Of a stretch of 33,569 bases of DNA, positions 31,624 through 33,569 are shown in pieces (the first letter of the stretch is position 1; every line of letters begins with the position of its first letter). The notes under the pieces are model-generated. The model had not been told where the DNA came from and ran no database searches. It saw nothing but the letters and a program-made list of their open reading frames with translations. The translations under genes and the position numbers were made by a program. The stretch is taken from positions 1-33,569 of the forward strand of contig JAJXTK010000002.1 in assembly GCA_021783935.1 (NCBI GenBank), in the 5' to 3' direction. This DNA is from Myxococcales bacterium. GTDB lineage: Bacteria > Myxococcota_A > Polyangia > Polyangiales > JADJMO01.

Positions 31624-33192
31624 CTACGCCAACGTCAGCGTGAGCTGCGTCGGCGCGGCGATGGCGCGTTGTCTCTCGATCCACCGTGCGTGCAGCGACA
31701 CGAGCCCCGACTGTGCGAAGTACGCGACGTCGAGTGCCCGATCGACTGCCGGCGTGTGGCTCAGCGCCCATGGGCCTCTGCGCGCCCCGTAGACGTTGCG
31801 CCACGCGGTCTTCGGTTTGACTCCGCGACGGACGCAGTTTCGCGCGATCGTCCGGCGTCGCTTCCACTGCTTCACCACGATCGCGCGCAGCCGTCGCCGG
31901 ATGTGCGCGTCGAGGTTCTTCAGCGTCGTCTCGACCCTCGTGCAGATGCCGAAGAAGGCGATCCACCCGTTCAACACCGCGTTCAACGCGGCGATGCAGG
32001 TTGCGAGCTTGCCGCCGTAGGCGCGCGGCGTCGCTCGCCGGATCGTCTCACCGATGCGGTCCTTCGATCGCTTCGACAGCAGCACGTCCACGCTTCCCTC
32101 CATCGGCTCTCGCCGCAGACGGAAGCCCAAGAAGTGCCGCTCCTCGGGACGCGCGACGGCGCTCTTCGAGACGTTCACCTTGAGGCGCATGCGCCGCTCG
32201 ATGAAGCCCTTCACGCTCGCCATCACGCGCTCACCTGCACGCTCGCTGCGCACGTAGATGTTGCAGTCATCTGCGTAGCGCACGAATCGGTGCCCGCGCC
32301 GCGCGAGCTCGGTGTCGAGCTCATCGAGCACGATGTTGCTGAGCAGCGGCGACAGCGGCCCGCCCTGCGGGACGCCCTCCTCCGTGCTCACCCGCACGCC
32401 ATCCGGCATCACCACCTTGGCCTTGAGCATCTGGCCGACGAGACGAAGCAACCGCACGTCGTGGACCCGCTGCGCGAGCCTCGCCATGAGTCGCTGGTGG
32501 TGCACTCGATCGAAGAACTTCTCCAGATCGAGATCGACCACCCAATCGTGCCCGTCCTCCAGGTACCCGCGAGCCTCCGCGATCGCCGTGTGGCAGCTCC
32601 GGTTCGGTCGAAACCCGTGGCTACTCGCGTGGAACGTCGGCTCGTACACAGGTTCGATCACCATGCGCACCGCCTCTTGCACCACGCGGTCGACGACGTT
32701 CGGGATCCCCAGGCCACGCTCGCCGCCGCCGCTCTTCGGAATCCACACGCGCCGGATGTCGCCGGTTCGGTAGCTCCCATCGTTCAGCGTGCGCGCGAGC
32801 CTCGTCAGCACCTCGTCGAGGTGTCGCGACACCTCCTCGATCGTCTGACGATCTGGGCCGGGGGCGCCTTTGTTCGCCGCCACGTTCGCAAACGCCTCGC
32901 GCAAGCGCGAGACCACTTCCTCCATCGTCGCCTGCGTGGCCATTCCCTTCGTCCGCTTCGGCTTCGGCATCGCGTGTCGCGCAGGTGCTCGTCGGCGAGC
33001 GTCCGCACGATCGTCGACCCCGACGGCTTGCGCCGCCGGGACATCGGCTGTCCCGAAACGCAGTCCGAGCTGCCACGCCCGTTCGTCGACCGTGGACGAT
33101 GTCCCTCCCGCGCGAGTGTCGACCTCGCGCGTTCTGCGCGGCTTTCGCCGCGCGTTCGGTACCGTGCGTCCATCGGACTTCTGCTGGGTCAT
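31624..33192 (-). CDS. Group II intron-encoded reverse transcriptase/maturase
   Basis: RVWIPKSGGGERGLGIPNVVDRVVQ, HGFRPNRSCHTA, DLDLEKFFD, GVPQGGPLSPLLSN, RYADDCNIYV and FLGFRL, followed by a maturase X-like region (LNGWIAFF...RRRLR). No HNH/En domain is present. The start at ATG 33192 (MTQQKSDGR...) was chosen by similarity to other intron protein N-termini. The track ORF extends to 33288. Confidence 0.88.
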   Translation of the reverse strand: MTQQKSDGRTVPNARRKPRRTREVDTRAGGTSSTVDERAWQLGLRFGTADVPAAQAVGVDDRADARRRAPARHAMPKPKRTKGMATQATMEEVVSRLREAFANVAANKGAPGPDRQTIEEVSRHLDEVLTRLARTLNDGSYRTGDIRRVWIPKSGGGERGLGIPNVVDRVVQEAVRMVIEPVYEPTFHASSHGFRPNRSCHTAIAEARGYLEDGHDWVVDLDLEKFFDRVHHQRLMARLAQRVHDVRLLRLVGQMLKAKVVMPDGVRVSTEEGVPQGGPLSPLLSNIVLDELDTELARRGHRFVRYADDCNIYVRSERAGERVMASVKGFIERRMRLKVNVSKSAVARPEERHFLGFRLRREPMEGSVDVLLSKRSKDRIGETIRRATPRAYGGKLATCIAALNAVLNGWIAFFGICTRVETTLKNLDAHIRRRLRAIVVKQWKRRRTIARNCVRRGVKPKTAWRNVYGARRGPWALSHTPAVDRALDVAYFAQSGLVSLHARWIERQRAIAAPTQLTLTLA

Positions 33193-33569
33193 CGGCTTTC
33201 GTTCTCGCGTCCTACGGCCTACCGCTCTCGCGGGGCCCAACAGATCTCGCCAGGTAAGACTCGACAGATTTCGCGACCATCCCGTCACCCATACGCGCGC
33301 AGCTCCTGCGGAAATCGGGCTTCGCCGCCGATGGCCGGCTCACCCGCTGCGCGCGCCTCACGGCGCTTCACTTTCGTTCGACACGGTCGCGCACCTACGA
33401 CTTCCACCAGACACGCCCTCGCGGTGAAGACACCGTCTTCGACGCGCGCGCGTGCGGGCGTCGGTCCTCGGTGCAAACGTGCCCTTGTCACATCGGTGTC
33501 GGGTTCCCTCCGCAGGGGCCCCGGGTGTGGACTTCCACCTCCTATCTGCCGGCCATGCTGGCCGCACCA

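Larger units (their letters stand above)
31498..33567 (-). mobile_element. Group II intron (~2.07 kb) with an En-less RT/maturase ORF in domain IV
   Basis: The minus strand starts GUGCGGCCAGCAUGGCCGGCAGAUAGGAGGUGG... at 33567. The ORF has RT motifs and YADD. Domains V and VI are recognisable downstream of the ORF. The 3' boundary is approximate (+/-10 nt). Confidence 0.8.

Noticed and set aside
31538-31966. A 142-aa minus-strand ORF overlapping the end of the intron ORF and domains V/VI.
   Set aside because: It is out of frame with the RT, Arg-rich, and covers structured ribozyme RNA.
31624-33288. The reverse transcriptase as a retron, DRT or other defence-associated RT.
   Set aside because: It is flanked by a GUGCG 5' end and by canonical group II intron domains V and VI, and it has a maturase X-like C-terminus. 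It is therefore an intron-encoded protein.

Overview
A roughly 70% G+C bacterial chromosome segment whose gene content looks myxobacterial or deltaproteobacterial (this placement is inference). From left to right it contains six parts. (1) 1-6582: the right-hand part of an integrated phage-like element, cut by the window start. It carries translationally coupled small ORFs, a large terminase, a repeat-rich control region, an RHH-like protein and a tyrosine integrase whose ORF runs into a minus-strand tRNA-Lys(CTT). A tRNA-Arg(TCG) follows. (2) 6841-9492: core genes dapE-like M20 peptidase, ruvB and an orphan CheY-type receiver. (3) 10136-13863: 2-oxoacid:ferredoxin oxidoreductase korAB, then a rubrerythrin-like and a hemerythrin-like protein. 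(4) 14017-25090, minus strand: a YfhL-type 2x[4Fe-4S] ferredoxin followed by a complex I operon in the order nuoA, nuoB-C (fused), nuoD, nuoH, I, J, K, L, M, N. Nearly all junctions have overlapping stop and start codons, and nuoE/F/G are absent. NuoI carries a ~140 aa Ala/Pro/Ser tail encoded by a hexanucleotide tandem repeat. (5) 25475-31423: an accessory-looking stretch with a secreted hypothetical protein, a RelE/ParE-type toxin with a small upstream partner, an XRE regulator divergent from a Ser/Thr kinase, a signal-peptide/TM protein, a 25-Cys lipoprotein and a hypothetical gene. (6) ~31498-33567, minus strand: an apparently complete group II intron with a YADD reverse transcriptase/maturase, recognisable domains V and VI, and a GUGCG 5' end only 2 nt from the window end. 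My best candidate for something new is an NADH-module-less complex I combined with a ferredoxin and KorAB, predicted to form a ferredoxin-to-quinone chain with unusual NuoBC and NuoI architectures. All calls rest on reading the sequence, the ORF track and motif recognition from memory. No database search was run.
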